This document shows positions 17,603 to 27,861 of a DNA stretch of 43,853 nt, piece by piece. The stretch comes from Deinococcales bacterium (GTDB lineage Bacteria > Deinococcota > Deinococci > Deinococcales > JAAFIG01). Position numbers and translations under genes: made by a program. Position 1 is the stretch's first letter; each line of letters begins with the position of its first letter. A model generated the notes under the pieces. That model was not told the DNA's origin. It did not search any database and was given only the letters and a program-made list of their open reading frames with translations. The stretch covers positions 1-43,853 of the forward strand of contig JANNVX010000078.1 of assembly GCA_031414595.1 (NCBI GenBank), in the 5' to 3' direction.

Positions 17603-20600
17603 TGACCCCTTTATACGCTGCAATCAGTAAATACTTTGATTCAGAAAGTTCACTCAAAGCCACCAAAGCCAGTTTTGATGAAGGTTTGACCCGCCTTGGC
17701 AAAACCTCGGACACCGTTTCATCTAAAGATATTGAAAAAGTCCTGAAATCAAATGTCTATAAACAATTACAAGTGGCGCTTCCGCCAGCCAGTGCCAAAA
17801 CAGCCGTGCAGAAAATCCTTGATGAGCTATCCAAACTCGAAAAACAATTTGGTAGTGATGCCCCAGCCCCGAAAGACCCGATGCTAGACCGTCAAGCCGA
17901 AGTCCTGCTTGGTCTCGAGCAGGGCTTGAAGCGTTTTTCGCTCTATTTTGATTGGGCAGAAGCCAGTAAGTTTCGTAGCCAAATCAATGTCATCAAAGAA
18001 CAACAAGCCGCCTCTCGAACCGCCCCAGAATTGGTCCGCGATGCCCAGACCCAACTTAGCGCATTAGAACGCAAATTGCAGGATTTATTGGTGCGTCAAG
18101 CGCAAGAAATCGCCGAATTACACTCTGGGTTTGAAAAAGTAAAATCTATTGGTGGACCAAAAATTAAACGTTTAGAAGGACTAATTGCCCAAATCACCGA
18201 AGCCCACGAATCTCAGACATTGGCATCTGACGAGGTTGAACGCGCCCGCAAAATTGTCCTCGAGATGCGTAAGCTGATAGAGTCCAGTGTGGTGCAAGTT
18301 CCCTCAACAATTGCACCTCCAAAAACGCCTACCGTTGTACCGACCAGTGTTTCGCAAATCAATTTACCAGCCGTGGATTTAGACGATGGCGCAATTGTGA
18401 TTGATGATGGCAATGCACCTCAACTTTCGGTCCGTGATTATTCAAGCGATGCCGTTGTGGAAATTGAAGGCTTAGACGACAGCCTAAACATAGACTTGGA
18501 TTTCCCAGAACTCGAACTCACCCCAGAACAATCCGAACGGGTTAAAGACATTGAGTTAGCCGACGATGCGCGAGTCTTAGAAGCCCTTGGTCTTGAATTT
18601 GCCGCCTTACTCGACCTTAACCCAGCCCGTAAAGAGCAATTCTTAGAATTTCATAACCAGAATTTGGCAAGGCAGGTACAAACCCAAGCTATTCGTGAAA
18701 TACGCCCGATTTTAGAAGCGGACTTTGCTGTGGTGCTGCAATTACAACAACAAAATTTAAGTGATTACAGTCTGCTGCTTGCCAAATATGCTGAGGAAGG
18801 CATAGACACCAATGAAGCCAATGTCACGGCTTCGGTCGCCATTGGAATGCTATCAGGTAAAACTTTAGCCAGCGATGAGTTGCAAAAAATCGAGGATTTG
18901 CTGCGCTCCTTTGAACGTCAACTCGAGCAACTACGTTTAGCCAAAGCCGAAGAAACTGCTCGCATTGAACGGGTACTTGTCAGGCAAGCGGCGCTGCTCG
19001 ATGAACTGCGTGGCGTTTTGACCACCTTTGAGCCGCTTGGGGCTGCTGCCACCGCAAAATTATCGCAGCAACTGACCGAACTCGAGATGGCAACTCAACT
19101 GCACCAAGCTCGAGAAGACCTGACCAAATCTCTGGGTGAGGAAATCAGTCAGTTACAAAGTGCTTTAGAGACTTGGGAAGCCACACAACGCTTGGAGACA
19201 GAACGACTCGCCGAAGAACAGCGCCGAATCGAAGCAGAACGCCGTCAAGCCGAAGAAGTTCGTTTAGCAGCCGAACGGCTCGAGCAGCAACGGCTTGAAC
19301 AAGAACGAATGCAGGCAATGGAACGCGCCGAAGCTATGCGTTTAGAAGCACAACAAGTTGAACGCGAACGTTTAGCAACGATTGAACGCGAGCGCCAACG
19401 TTTAGAGACCGAGCGACTGGTGGCAGAAAAACGCGAAGCTGAACGTTTTGAGGCTGAACGCCGGGCTTTGGTTGCCCGCGAAGGTGGAATGCTCCGCGCC
19501 ATGCGATTGTCCTTGGCGGCGCTACCAGACTTGCCCGAATTAGCCACAGACCATGCCTCCCTAGAAGCCCAATTGAGTGTTTCATCTAAGCAACTCGAGC
19601 AGGGATTACCGATTACCACCAACTTAGAGGCTTTTAAGCAGCAATTAGAAAGTCTTGGCAGACGCGCTCGAGAAGTCTATGTGCAGCGCATTGGCGACTT
19701 GGAACGCCGCGCCAATGAACTCGGCGCACTCGAGGTGATTCAAACCCTCTCAGGCGCAAAAGAAGGCTTAGAAGTAGGAAACTTCCCAGACTTAGCCCAT
19801 TTAGAAGCCGATTTACGGGCTCACCGCGAAGCCAGACTAGCTGCTCAGCGCCGTGAACTGACCGACTTAGAAAGTGGGGTCAAAGAATTTATTGGCAATC
19901 CGCAAAGTGTGAAGTTGCAAACCCAAATTGCCGAAGCCAGAGGCAGACACGAATCTGGTACGCTGATTGGTTTAGCCCCTCTTTGGGATGAACTCGAAGC
20001 CTTGCGAATCAGTGAAGAAACTGCGGTCAACGCATGGCGTTCACGTGCCGAAACAGTCATGCGTGAAGTCAACCAGTTTCGTCAGATGGGAGGCGAAACA
20101 ATTCGCCAATTGTTGCGTTTAAGCACGGTTCTTGCCACCGAACCGGGGACACGCCTTGCCCCAGAAACCCGCTTAAAACTCGAGCGCACCTTAGAAGAAG
20201 CCGAGCGCTTACTGCAAGTCGCCCGCCAAGAAGCCGAAGCCGCCAATGCAGTGGCGGTGGCGCTGCGCGATACTGGACAAATAGATGACTTATTGGGCAT
20301 TTTTGGTGGCGATATGAACGCCATTAAACAAGCCGCCGCCGAAGCCAAGCTAACCCCAGTCGAAACAATAAAAGTCGAACCTGTGGTCATGACCGTATCC
20401 TCGAGTGGCTCGAGCAGCAATCTTGCCACCGCTTGGATTAGCGAAGTCAGTAAAGAGCGCGGCGTTGCCCAAGCTGCCTTAATTGCCGCCAACGGCGAAC
20501 TACAAGCTGGAAGTATCCACGAACCTGCCAAAATTGCAACCTTGCTACTAGAAATGGACAAATACCAACGCGAACTCGCTAAAGAACTCGAGCGTCGCCC

Positions 20601-20781
20601 AGCCCGTATTTGCACCGTCGAACAATCTGGTGGCACACTCCTCGCCATGTTTTTAGCAGGTGAGCAAGACACCAAGCATTTTATTACGGTGCAAATCGAA
20701 GATGTTGCGGTCATGAGCCGAATTTTTGCCAATGCCCAACGCGACTATGAAACCCTTAAAAACTGGTCACAGACCACCTAA
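17602..20781 (+). CDS. Large coiled-coil protein with possible C-terminal Roadblock-like domain
   Basis: 1059 aa with an E/R/Q/A-rich coiled coil and C-terminal RGVAQAALIAANGELQAG. Confidence 0.75.
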   Translation: MTPLYAAISKYFDSESSLKATKASFDEGLTRLGKTSDTVSSKDIEKVLKSNVYKQLQVALPPASAKTAVQKILDELSKLEKQFGSDAPAPKDPMLDRQAEVLLGLEQGLKRFSLYFDWAEASKFRSQINVIKEQQAASRTAPELVRDAQTQLSALERKLQDLLVRQAQEIAELHSGFEKVKSIGGPKIKRLEGLIAQITEAHESQTLASDEVERARKIVLEMRKLIESSVVQVPSTIAPPKTPTVVPTSVSQINLPAVDLDDGAIVIDDGNAPQLSVRDYSSDAVVEIEGLDDSLNIDLDFPELELTPEQSERVKDIELADDARVLEALGLEFAALLDLNPARKEQFLEFHNQNLARQVQTQAIREIRPILEADFAVVLQLQQQNLSDYSLLLAKYAEEGIDTNEANVTASVAIGMLSGKTLASDELQKIEDLLRSFERQLEQLRLAKAEETARIERVLVRQAALLDELRGVLTTFEPLGAAATAKLSQQLTELEMATQLHQAREDLTKSLGEEISQLQSALETWEATQRLETERLAEEQRRIEAERRQAEEVRLAAERLEQQRLEQERMQAMERAEAMRLEAQQVERERLATIERERQRLETERLVAEKREAERFEAERRALVAREGGMLRAMRLSLAALPDLPELATDHASLEAQLSVSSKQLEQGLPITTNLEAFKQQLESLGRRAREVYVQRIGDLERRANELGALEVIQTLSGAKEGLEVGNFPDLAHLEADLRAHREARLAAQRRELTDLESGVKEFIGNPQSVKLQTQIAEARGRHESGTLIGLAPLWDELEALRISEETAVNAWRSRAETVMREVNQFRQMGGETIRQLLRLSTVLATEPGTRLAPETRLKLERTLEEAERLLQVARQEAEAANAVAVALRDTGQIDDLLGIFGGDMNAIKQAAAEAKLTPVETIKVEPVVMTVSSSGSSSNLATAWISEVSKERGVAQAALIAANGELQAGSIHEPAKIATLLLEMDKYQRELAKELERRPARICTVEQSGGTLLAMFLAGEQDTKHFITVQIEDVAVMSRIFANAQRDYETLKNWSQTT

Positions 20782-20783
20782 TT

Positions 20784-20818
20784 TAGCTACTAGCGGCTAG
20801 TTTTTAGCTTCTAGCTTT
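20784..20818 (+). repeat. Degenerate 7-bp tandem repeat TAGNNNN x5
   Basis: tagctac tagcggc tagtttt tagcttc tagcttt, immediately after the stop codon. Confidence 0.6.
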
Positions 20819-20922
20819 TCAGAGTTATCGAGTTTTTTCAAAGTCTTTTAGCAAATCGAATGACCCACTAGGAGGAAAGAGGAAATAAGTAGGGGTTTGC
20901 GCTTTTTTCTTTTTTATAATTT

Positions 20923-21891
20923 ATGAACCGAGAACGCCTAAAATTAAATGTCCATGTTGGACGCGAATCAAACCTGACTCGAGCCGGAGCTTCTGAAAAC
21001 GAGCCAGAATACACCACGCCCGGTAGCGAGGTTGAATTTGCCACACCTAGGGTCAAACTGATTCAAGAAGCTGACCGCGCTATTCGCCGTGACCTCGAGC
21101 CGTATCCAAAAACCTTACAAGCCTATCAACTGCTGACCCAAGATGCCGAAGCCCTTGCCAATTGGGATATGGCAAATTACATTACGGTACGCAAACTTGG
21201 CTATAACGACCACGGCAGGGTACATGCTTTTGTGACTGGGGCAGCCAGTTTAGCCCTCTTAGAACTGCTCTTAGAACATAAAGTCAAAGGCGACGTTCTC
21301 GAGTCTGGTTCGGGCGACACCGATGATACTTACTTGGTGGTGCTGCTCGGCACAATGCTGCATGATATAGGTAATCAGGTTCATAGGTCTGGTCATGAAG
21401 CCCACGGGGTTGCCCTTGCGATGCCGATTCTCGAGCGAGTCTTAGGCGCAGTTTACCCCGATATTTCGCAACGCACCAAGTTGCGGGCGTTTATTCTGCA
21501 CTCAATCAATTGTCATGACTTAAACCCTACGCCACTGACCCTCGAAGCTGGCATTACGGCTGTAGCCGACGGCACAGACATTACCAAAGGACGCGGGCGT
21601 AAAGCCTTTGCGTTAGGTAAAATAGATATTCATAGTGTCTCGGCGCTGAGCATCGAACAAGTCACGATTTCTAGGGGACAAGAAAAACCGATTGAGATAC
21701 GTGTCCGCATGACCAACAGCGCTGGGATTTTTCAAGTTGAAGAGACTTTGGCTAAAAAAGTGATTAACACCCCACTCAAACAATATGTGGATATTATCGC
21801 CAGTGCTATCGAAAACACCACCATGGATGAACGGGTAATTGAAAGTGTTCACCTCGAGGGTAAGGGGTTTGTCCTGACCGAAAGCACTTAG
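20923..21891 (+). CDS. HD-domain phosphohydrolase
   Basis: GYNDHGRVH...MLHDIG...VADGTD motifs. Confidence 0.88.
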   Translation: MNRERLKLNVHVGRESNLTRAGASENEPEYTTPGSEVEFATPRVKLIQEADRAIRRDLEPYPKTLQAYQLLTQDAEALANWDMANYITVRKLGYNDHGRVHAFVTGAASLALLELLLEHKVKGDVLESGSGDTDDTYLVVLLGTMLHDIGNQVHRSGHEAHGVALAMPILERVLGAVYPDISQRTKLRAFILHSINCHDLNPTPLTLEAGITAVADGTDITKGRGRKAFALGKIDIHSVSALSIEQVTISRGQEKPIEIRVRMTNSAGIFQVEETLAKKVINTPLKQYVDIIASAIENTTMDERVIESVHLEGKGFVLTEST

Positions 21892-21918
21892 GGTTTTGTA
21901 CTCACCGAAAGCACCTAA
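21865..21918 (+). repeat. 27-bp tandem duplication of the HD gene 3' end
   Basis: GGG TTT GTC CTG ACC GAA AGC ACT TAG / GGT TTT GTA CTC ACC GAA AGC ACC TAA. Confidence 0.9.
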
Positions 21919-21947
21919 AGACATCTCAAAAAAGGAAGTAAAATATT

Positions 21948-22658
21948 ATGATTGCTGAAGCAGGTTTTTCGTGGGATGGATTAGTTAAGATTATTGTTGC
22001 CGATATTGTTTTGTCTGGCGATAACGCCGTAGTGATTGGACTGGCTGTCGCAACCTTACCCATTGCCATGCGTCGCCGTGCAATTTTATTGGGTACGGCT
22101 GGCGCAATTATTCTAAGAATCATATTCACTTTAATTGGCACAGTTTTACTTGGTATTCCATTACTACGTGCCTTGGGCGGACTAACGCTTTTGTGGGTCG
22201 GTTGGAAATTACTAGCACAAACTGAAGAAGCCACCGATGAACCACACGAAATCCAAGGAGGCTACTGGGATGCCATCCGCACCATCGTGATTGCCGATAC
22301 GGTCATGAGCCTAGACAATGCCTTAGCGGTAGCTGGTGCAGCCGATGGGAATTTTTTACTGCTGATGATTGGATTGGGGTTATCCATTCCACTCTTGATG
22401 GTTGGTTCAAACGTCGTCTCGAGTCTTTTTAACCGCTTTCCTTGGCTGGTCTATATTGGTTCTGGCTTAATCGCATGGGTGGCAGCCGATTTAATCCACG
22501 AAGATAAAATGCTTGGTTCTTGGCTACCATTTTTGCACGGCGACCTTGCCCTCTGGACACTCCGTATTTTAAGTGTGGCTGGCGTGATTTTCTTTGGATT
22601 GCGCTCCAAACGTATCAATACCCAGCGCGAACTTGCCGAAGAAGCCGCTCGAGCTTAG
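21948..22658 (+). CDS. TerC family (YjbE-like) membrane protein
   Basis: DIVLSGDNAVVI and ADTVMSLDNALAV motifs with multiple TM helices. Confidence 0.92.
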   Translation: MIAEAGFSWDGLVKIIVADIVLSGDNAVVIGLAVATLPIAMRRRAILLGTAGAIILRIIFTLIGTVLLGIPLLRALGGLTLLWVGWKLLAQTEEATDEPHEIQGGYWDAIRTIVIADTVMSLDNALAVAGAADGNFLLLMIGLGLSIPLLMVGSNVVSSLFNRFPWLVYIGSGLIAWVAADLIHEDKMLGSWLPFLHGDLALWTLRILSVAGVIFFGLRSKRINTQRELAEEAARA

Positions 22659-22723
22659 GGTATACTAAAAAATAATTGGCTCGAAACAGAGCCTCTTTTT
22701 CTTGACCCAAAAAGGACAACACC

Positions 22724-23179
22724 ATGAGTGAAAAAGTACGATTAACCCAAAAAGGCTATGACAAACTCAAAGCCGAACTCGAGCATTTAAGCACCGTAGG
22801 ACGCGACGAAATCAGTTCATTTATGGCTGATGTGATGGCAGAAGGCGATTTATCCGAAAACTCTGGCTACGATGATGCACGGCAAAAAATGGGAACACTC
22901 GAGACCCGAATTTTTCAACTCGAGGGGATTCTTGCCAAAGCTGAAGTTGTGGCGGAAGTTGGCAATGATAAAAAAGTGGGCTTAGGTTCAACCGTCAAAA
23001 TCCGTATGAACGGGGCAGAACGAATTTTTAACATTGTTTCGACCCATGAAGCTGACCCACAAAAAGGCAAAATTTCTGATGCCTCGGATATGGGCGCAGC
23101 CTTGATGGACAACAAAGTGGGTAAAAAAGTGATGGTTAAAGGACGAGAAATCGAAATTCTCGAGATTACCCACGAGTAA
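22724..23179 (+). CDS. greA: Transcription elongation factor GreA
   Basis: LTQKGYDKLKAEL, EGDLSENSGYDDA acidic tip, VGLGSTV and EADP..GKIS..S motifs. Confidence 0.88.
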   Translation: MSEKVRLTQKGYDKLKAELEHLSTVGRDEISSFMADVMAEGDLSENSGYDDARQKMGTLETRIFQLEGILAKAEVVAEVGNDKKVGLGSTVKIRMNGAERIFNIVSTHEADPQKGKISDASDMGAALMDNKVGKKVMVKGREIEILEITHE

Positions 23180-23229
23180 CGTCCTCGAAATTAGCTACGA
23201 GTAACGTCCTCGAGATTACCTGCGAATAG
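23155..23229 (+). repeat. 25-bp tandem repeat x3 copying the greA 3' end
   Basis: aattctcgagattacccacgagtaa / cgtcctcgaaattagctacgagtaa / cgtcctcgagattacctgcgaatag. Confidence 0.85.
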
Positions 23230-23290
23230 ATACCTCACGCCCTAGACAGCTTACCCTTTGAAAAAGACCTAAAGTCAGTACAATACCAAG

Positions 23291-24631
23291 ATGACAACTG
23301 CCACTCGAGAACCGATAACCATTGAGCAATTTGTCCATCTGCCTTTTGATGGAGCAAGCGGGCTGATTGCTGGTTCTGATATTTGTGTGCAGTGTGGTGT
23401 GTGTTTGTCGGCTTGCCCAACCTACCAGTTGACGGGCGAAGAGATTCAGAGTCCACGAGGGCGAGTAATGCTCTACCGCGCCGCCGCCGAGGGCTTAACT
23501 ACCGACTTTGAAGTGGTTCTTGAAGCAGCTTATGATTGCCTTGATTGTCGGGCTTGCCAAACCGTTTGCCCAAGTGGGGTTAAACCCGGTGAGATGGCAG
23601 TTGAAACTCGAGTCGCCTTGCAAGGCGGTAAGCCACCATCTTGGCAAATAGCGGCGATTCTTGAGCCATTTAAGTACCCTTGGGCTTGGGATGTGATGAA
23701 TTTTGGAGTGCGAACCTATCAGGGGTTGGGGCTACAAAAATGGGTGCGTTCAAGCAAAATTTTAGAAAAATTTGGCAATCTAGGTAAGAAATTAGCCGAA
23801 CTCGAGAACATTATTCCGGCAAAAGTCGCGCCTTCAATTCGCACTACCCTCTCCCCTGTTACGCCAGCCATTGGCGAACAGCGTGGGCGGGTGGCTTTTT
23901 TCTTGGGCTGCCTGATGAATGCTTTTTTTAGTGAAGCCTCGAGTGCCACGGTTAAAGTGCTGACGATTAACGGTTTTGAAGTGGTCACACCACGCGAAAC
24001 AACCTGTTGCGGTGCGCCCCATATCGAAGAAGGTGACCGAACTGGTTTTGACCAAGTGGTCAAGCGCAACCTTGATTTGTTTGATGGTTTAGAAGTGGAT
24101 GCGATTATCACCGATTGTGCGGGATGCGGCGCAGAACTGAAAAAATATGCCAAAATGTTCAAAAATGACCCAGAATACGCCGCCAAAGCCGAACGCTTCT
24201 CGAGTAAAAGTTATGGAATTTCGGAATTCTTAAAAAAGCACGGTATCCGCGAACTGCCAGAAGCCAGTGCGCCCGAAATGACCGTGACCTACCAAGATGC
24301 CTGTCATTTGTGTCATGGGCAAGGTTGTAGCACCCAGCCACGCGATTTACTCAAACAGAATCCGCTTGTCGAATACCGCGAACTCGAGAAAGCCAGTGAT
24401 TGCTGTGGCAGTGCTGGGATTTACAACATTACCCATCCAGATATGAGCTATAAAATTCTCGAAGAGAAAATGGAGCGGGTGCGTGAAAGTGGGGCGCAGG
24501 TGCTGAGTGTCGAAAACCCGGGCTGTTTGTTGCAACTCGAGGCTGGGACGCGCAAATACAATGTGGATGTGCAAGTGCTACATACCAGCCAGATTTTGCT
24601 GGCGGCTTATGAAAAACAAAACTCGAGCTAA
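23291..24631 (+). CDS. Fe-S oxidoreductase, GlcF/HdrD-like (2x[4Fe-4S] + CCG domains)
   Basis: CVQCGVCLSACP, CLDCRACQTVCP, TCCGA and DCCGSAG motifs. Confidence 0.9.
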   Translation: MTTATREPITIEQFVHLPFDGASGLIAGSDICVQCGVCLSACPTYQLTGEEIQSPRGRVMLYRAAAEGLTTDFEVVLEAAYDCLDCRACQTVCPSGVKPGEMAVETRVALQGGKPPSWQIAAILEPFKYPWAWDVMNFGVRTYQGLGLQKWVRSSKILEKFGNLGKKLAELENIIPAKVAPSIRTTLSPVTPAIGEQRGRVAFFLGCLMNAFFSEASSATVKVLTINGFEVVTPRETTCCGAPHIEEGDRTGFDQVVKRNLDLFDGLEVDAIITDCAGCGAELKKYAKMFKNDPEYAAKAERFSSKSYGISEFLKKHGIRELPEASAPEMTVTYQDACHLCHGQGCSTQPRDLLKQNPLVEYRELEKASDCCGSAGIYNITHPDMSYKILEEKMERVRESGAQVLSVENPGCLLQLEAGTRKYNVDVQVLHTSQILLAAYEKQNSS

Positions 24632-24633
24632 CC

Positions 24634-25158
24634 CTATTTTTTAGTCTGCTGCCCTACTGGGCAATCAGGGTCATGTGCGCCGCCCAGATAGCCAAGGCTA
24701 ATCAAAAACTCACCCACTATTTCGCCACCTGTAAAGACAAAAGTTTGCTTAAAGAGCTTTCTCCACTCGATTAAATCTAAACCCCTGTGCTTCTCGAGCC
24801 AAGCGCTAAACGAACCATCTTGACGTTGTAACTCGAGGATTCGTTTGGCATTTTCGATTGCTGCTTTGACTTTGAGTTTATTGCGAATAATACCCGTGTC
24901 CGAAAGCAAACGAATTTCGTCCTCGAGGGTAAAAGCCGCCACTTGCTCGAGCTTAAAATTCGCATAAGCGACTCTAAAACCATCACGTTTTTTAAGGATG
25001 ATTTCCCAAGATAACCCAGCTTGGTTTATCTCTAAAATCAGCCGCTCGAACAGCAAGTTATCATCGGTGATTAAAAAGCCGTACTCGAGGTCGTGGTAAG
25101 CCGTATGAACTGCATGAAGCTGACCTGAGCGAATGGCAGCACAATATGTTTTGGACAT
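24634..25158 (-). CDS. tag: DNA-3-methyladenine glycosylase I
   Basis: YHD.EYG, LEINQAGLSW, IIRNKLK and C-terminal H..DC zinc ligands. Confidence 0.92.
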   Translation of the reverse strand: MSKTYCAAIRSGQLHAVHTAYHDLEYGFLITDDNLLFERLILEINQAGLSWEIILKKRDGFRVAYANFKLEQVAAFTLEDEIRLLSDTGIIRNKLKVKAAIENAKRILELQRQDGSFSAWLEKHRGLDLIEWRKLFKQTFVFTGGEIVGEFLISLGYLGGAHDPDCPVGQQTKK

Positions 25159-25176
25159 ATTTGAGTATACGATTTT

Positions 25177-26967
25177 TTAGCGAACTGCATTGGCGGGCTT
25201 GACTGTGCTGCTGTTGCTCCGAGCGGCATTGGTTGGGACTCGAGGGCGGAAGGTAGGTCCAACTTCAAAGACGGCTTGCCAAGGGCGGTAAGCGGTGTAG
25301 AGGCTCTCGGACTGCCCATTGACGGTACGAACCACATTGACGTTATAACCATCCACCGCATAATCCACTTGTTTACGAACTCCCGCCGGTAATCTCGAGT
25401 TAAAAACCGTTTTGGCTGGTGGGTGTGGGGTGCGCCGCAGCACCCTGGCTTTAGATACCGCCACTTTACGCCCATCAGACACGCCGTATAATTGCACTGT
25501 CATGCTTGCACCAACCGTGGTGGCACGAACCACAATTGGACTCGGGGTATTATTTCGCATTTTCAAATCCAAGCTCGGGTAATACACAGCCGCATCCAAA
25601 CCCAGAACATCGTTGTACCAAACCACTTTATAACTGTGTTGGTTACGTTCAACAATTGGCAAACCTGCTCGGTACAGGGCAGCAAAAGCCGTTGTACTGG
25701 CTTGGCAAACCCCGCCACCAACCCCTTTAACAGTACGTCCACCACTAATAATCAGTCCTTCAACAAAACCTGTCTCGGGGCTAATGTCGCCAACCGCCCC
25801 ATTAAAACTAAAGTTCTCTCCGGCTGGGACAACATAGCCATCGAGTTTACGGGCAGCCACGGCAGCATTGGTCACACGCTCACGGCTCGAGCCATAATAG
25901 TTGGTGGTACTCGAGGACAGGAGTGTTAAGGTTTTTGGGTCTGGAATAGATTCGGTACTGACTTTAGGCTTGGTAATCGCCACTGGCAACTGCACTTCGG
26001 GTAAATTCGGATCAAGGATTGCCTCGGCTAAGACCTTTTTGGCTTCAATTAGATTTAAGGCATACCCGTCTTTTGAAGCCTGACGCACCAAATTTGCACC
26101 TTGGCGATTGTACCGTGCATCTTGAGGGGTTTGGTCAAAACGACTCGAGACCAAACGCAAGGTTTCAGCGATGGCTTTATCGTCTAAACGCAAGCCCGTT
26201 TTTTCAACAAAGAACAAATTAGCGACTTCGGTAATGCTCAGGGTTTTTGACAGCCCCAGACCAGTGTTTGGCGTTGGATACGCCAGTTTGATTGGGCGCA
26301 AAATACTATTGGCTTGGTTCGCTAAATCACTCAAAGAACCAGCTTGTATGGCGGCTGGAACATCGGTGATATTTAACTCGAGATTTTGAAGTAAAGGATT
26401 GGCTGCAAATGCCTTGACCGCATTTTCAAAATCCACACCCTGACCGTCTATGTCTTCACGGATGACATACTTGTTTTGAGTTAGTACCAAAGCTGCGTCT
26501 TTAGGGGACACCGCAAAAGGCGCAGCCAGACTCGAGAGCCTATTTCTAAAGGTTTTAGGGTCAACTTTAGCCGCCAATGACACACTTTTATTGCCAGTGA
26601 AGCGCTTGGCTAAATTGTCAAAAAATTCGCCATCACGTCCGATTTGCAATGCACTTTGCGCCATTCCATCAAAATCAAGTCGCCAGCCCAACTCGGCAGC
26701 CTGCACCCGCATGGTTTGGTCTCCAGCTTGCACTGCCACCACAGGCACGGATAACTTGGCAGCACGCAAGGCTTCTACAGCTTCGGGCTGGGTTAAACCG
26801 CCCACCGCAACCCCAGCAGCAGTCACGCCCGGTAAAACACGGTCGGTGTGATACAACTCAAAACCACCCCAAGCTAAGCCAAGGGCTGTCAGACCAAACA
26901 ACGGCATAAATTGGCGCAGATTCAAAGGACTTTTTACGACCACATTTTTAGCAACAGACTGGCTCAC
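25177..26967 (-). CDS. VanW family protein with peptidoglycan-binding repeats
   Basis: N-terminal TM, FSFN..VG, GVGGGVCQASTT, ERNQHS, DAAVYYP.LDLK motifs. Confidence 0.9.
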   Translation of the reverse strand: MSQSVAKNVVVKSPLNLRQFMPLFGLTALGLAWGGFELYHTDRVLPGVTAAGVAVGGLTQPEAVEALRAAKLSVPVVAVQAGDQTMRVQAAELGWRLDFDGMAQSALQIGRDGEFFDNLAKRFTGNKSVSLAAKVDPKTFRNRLSSLAAPFAVSPKDAALVLTQNKYVIREDIDGQGVDFENAVKAFAANPLLQNLELNITDVPAAIQAGSLSDLANQANSILRPIKLAYPTPNTGLGLSKTLSITEVANLFFVEKTGLRLDDKAIAETLRLVSSRFDQTPQDARYNRQGANLVRQASKDGYALNLIEAKKVLAEAILDPNLPEVQLPVAITKPKVSTESIPDPKTLTLLSSSTTNYYGSSRERVTNAAVAARKLDGYVVPAGENFSFNGAVGDISPETGFVEGLIISGGRTVKGVGGGVCQASTTAFAALYRAGLPIVERNQHSYKVVWYNDVLGLDAAVYYPSLDLKMRNNTPSPIVVRATTVGASMTVQLYGVSDGRKVAVSKARVLRRTPHPPAKTVFNSRLPAGVRKQVDYAVDGYNVNVVRTVNGQSESLYTAYRPWQAVFEVGPTFRPRVPTNAARSNSSTVKPANAVR

Positions 26968-27140
26968 AATTTATTCACTCCCGAAAAGATTAGTTAAGAC
27001 TACCAAGCGGCGTATCACTAAACACTCGACTTTAGTGTAGCAAGCCAGCGCGGGACAATCGTGACAATCAGGTGAAAAACACAGGTAAAAAGGGGAACAA
27101 GGTCAAAAGGTTAAAAGTGAAAACCCTTTGACCCTAGCCT

Positions 27141-27860
27141 CTAAGCTCCACGCTCTAGCATTCTGGCTCGGCGTAAGGCTGTAAAAATATCGGTTGGCAG
27201 TGCCGAATCGAGCCTTGAAAGGCGCAAGCCTAGGGTTCTGGTCAACCCAGCTAAGCCCTCGAGATGGGTGTTTAAGCGCTCCAAATAACGCCGACGCGCC
27301 ACATCGTCTACCTCGAGTGAGCCAGTACCTTCGGCATCCTGAATTCGCCATGCACCTGTGGGCGGGTCGGTATCTTCGGGAGATAAAATCTGCAACCACG
27401 ACAAATCAAAACCTCTTGCCGTGAGTGCGGTTAAACCCGTGCGAATCCCCGAAAGTGGCTCGAGACCATCACTTACCAGTAAGACCAAACCTGGTTTCTC
27501 GAGCGCCAGCCTTGCTAAGCCAGAATGCAAATCTGGGACAGAGCGCTCAAACCAACGGTCTAAACGTGCAAATGGTTTTGCAAACGCCAAAGCGCTTTTT
27601 GCCACCTCGAGTTTAGAAGTCATCGAAGCACTGGTGTCTAGCACTGCATAAACCCGCGTGGCGCGTTCGGCGGCAAAACGCCGCACAAATAACTTGCCAC
27701 TGCGGGCATAGACATTCCAATCTATAAAACGTGGTTCGTCGCCGGGTTCGTAAATCCGATGCTCTAAAAATTCGCCACCAGAACCCGCAAAATTAGAACG
27801 GCGTTCACCCGCGCCAGATGCCAGCGCTCGAGAAGCCAGACGATAACCACGCAGTTGCAT
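27141..27860 (-). CDS. DUF58 domain protein (MoxR partner)
   Basis: EFLEHRIYEPGDEPRFIDWNVYAR, LDTSASM and LVSDG motifs. Confidence 0.92.
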   Translation of the reverse strand: MQLRGYRLASRALASGAGERRSNFAGSGGEFLEHRIYEPGDEPRFIDWNVYARSGKLFVRRFAAERATRVYAVLDTSASMTSKLEVAKSALAFAKPFARLDRWFERSVPDLHSGLARLALEKPGLVLLVSDGLEPLSGIRTGLTALTARGFDLSWLQILSPEDTDPPTGAWRIQDAEGTGSLEVDDVARRRYLERLNTHLEGLAGLTRTLGLRLSRLDSALPTDIFTALRRARMLERGA

Positions 27861-27861
27861 C

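Noticed and set aside
20082-20732. Long antisense ORFs (also 23719..24186, 35694..36146, 37401..37919 and 39081..39596)
   Set aside because: They lie fully opposite well-supported genes and have no motifs.
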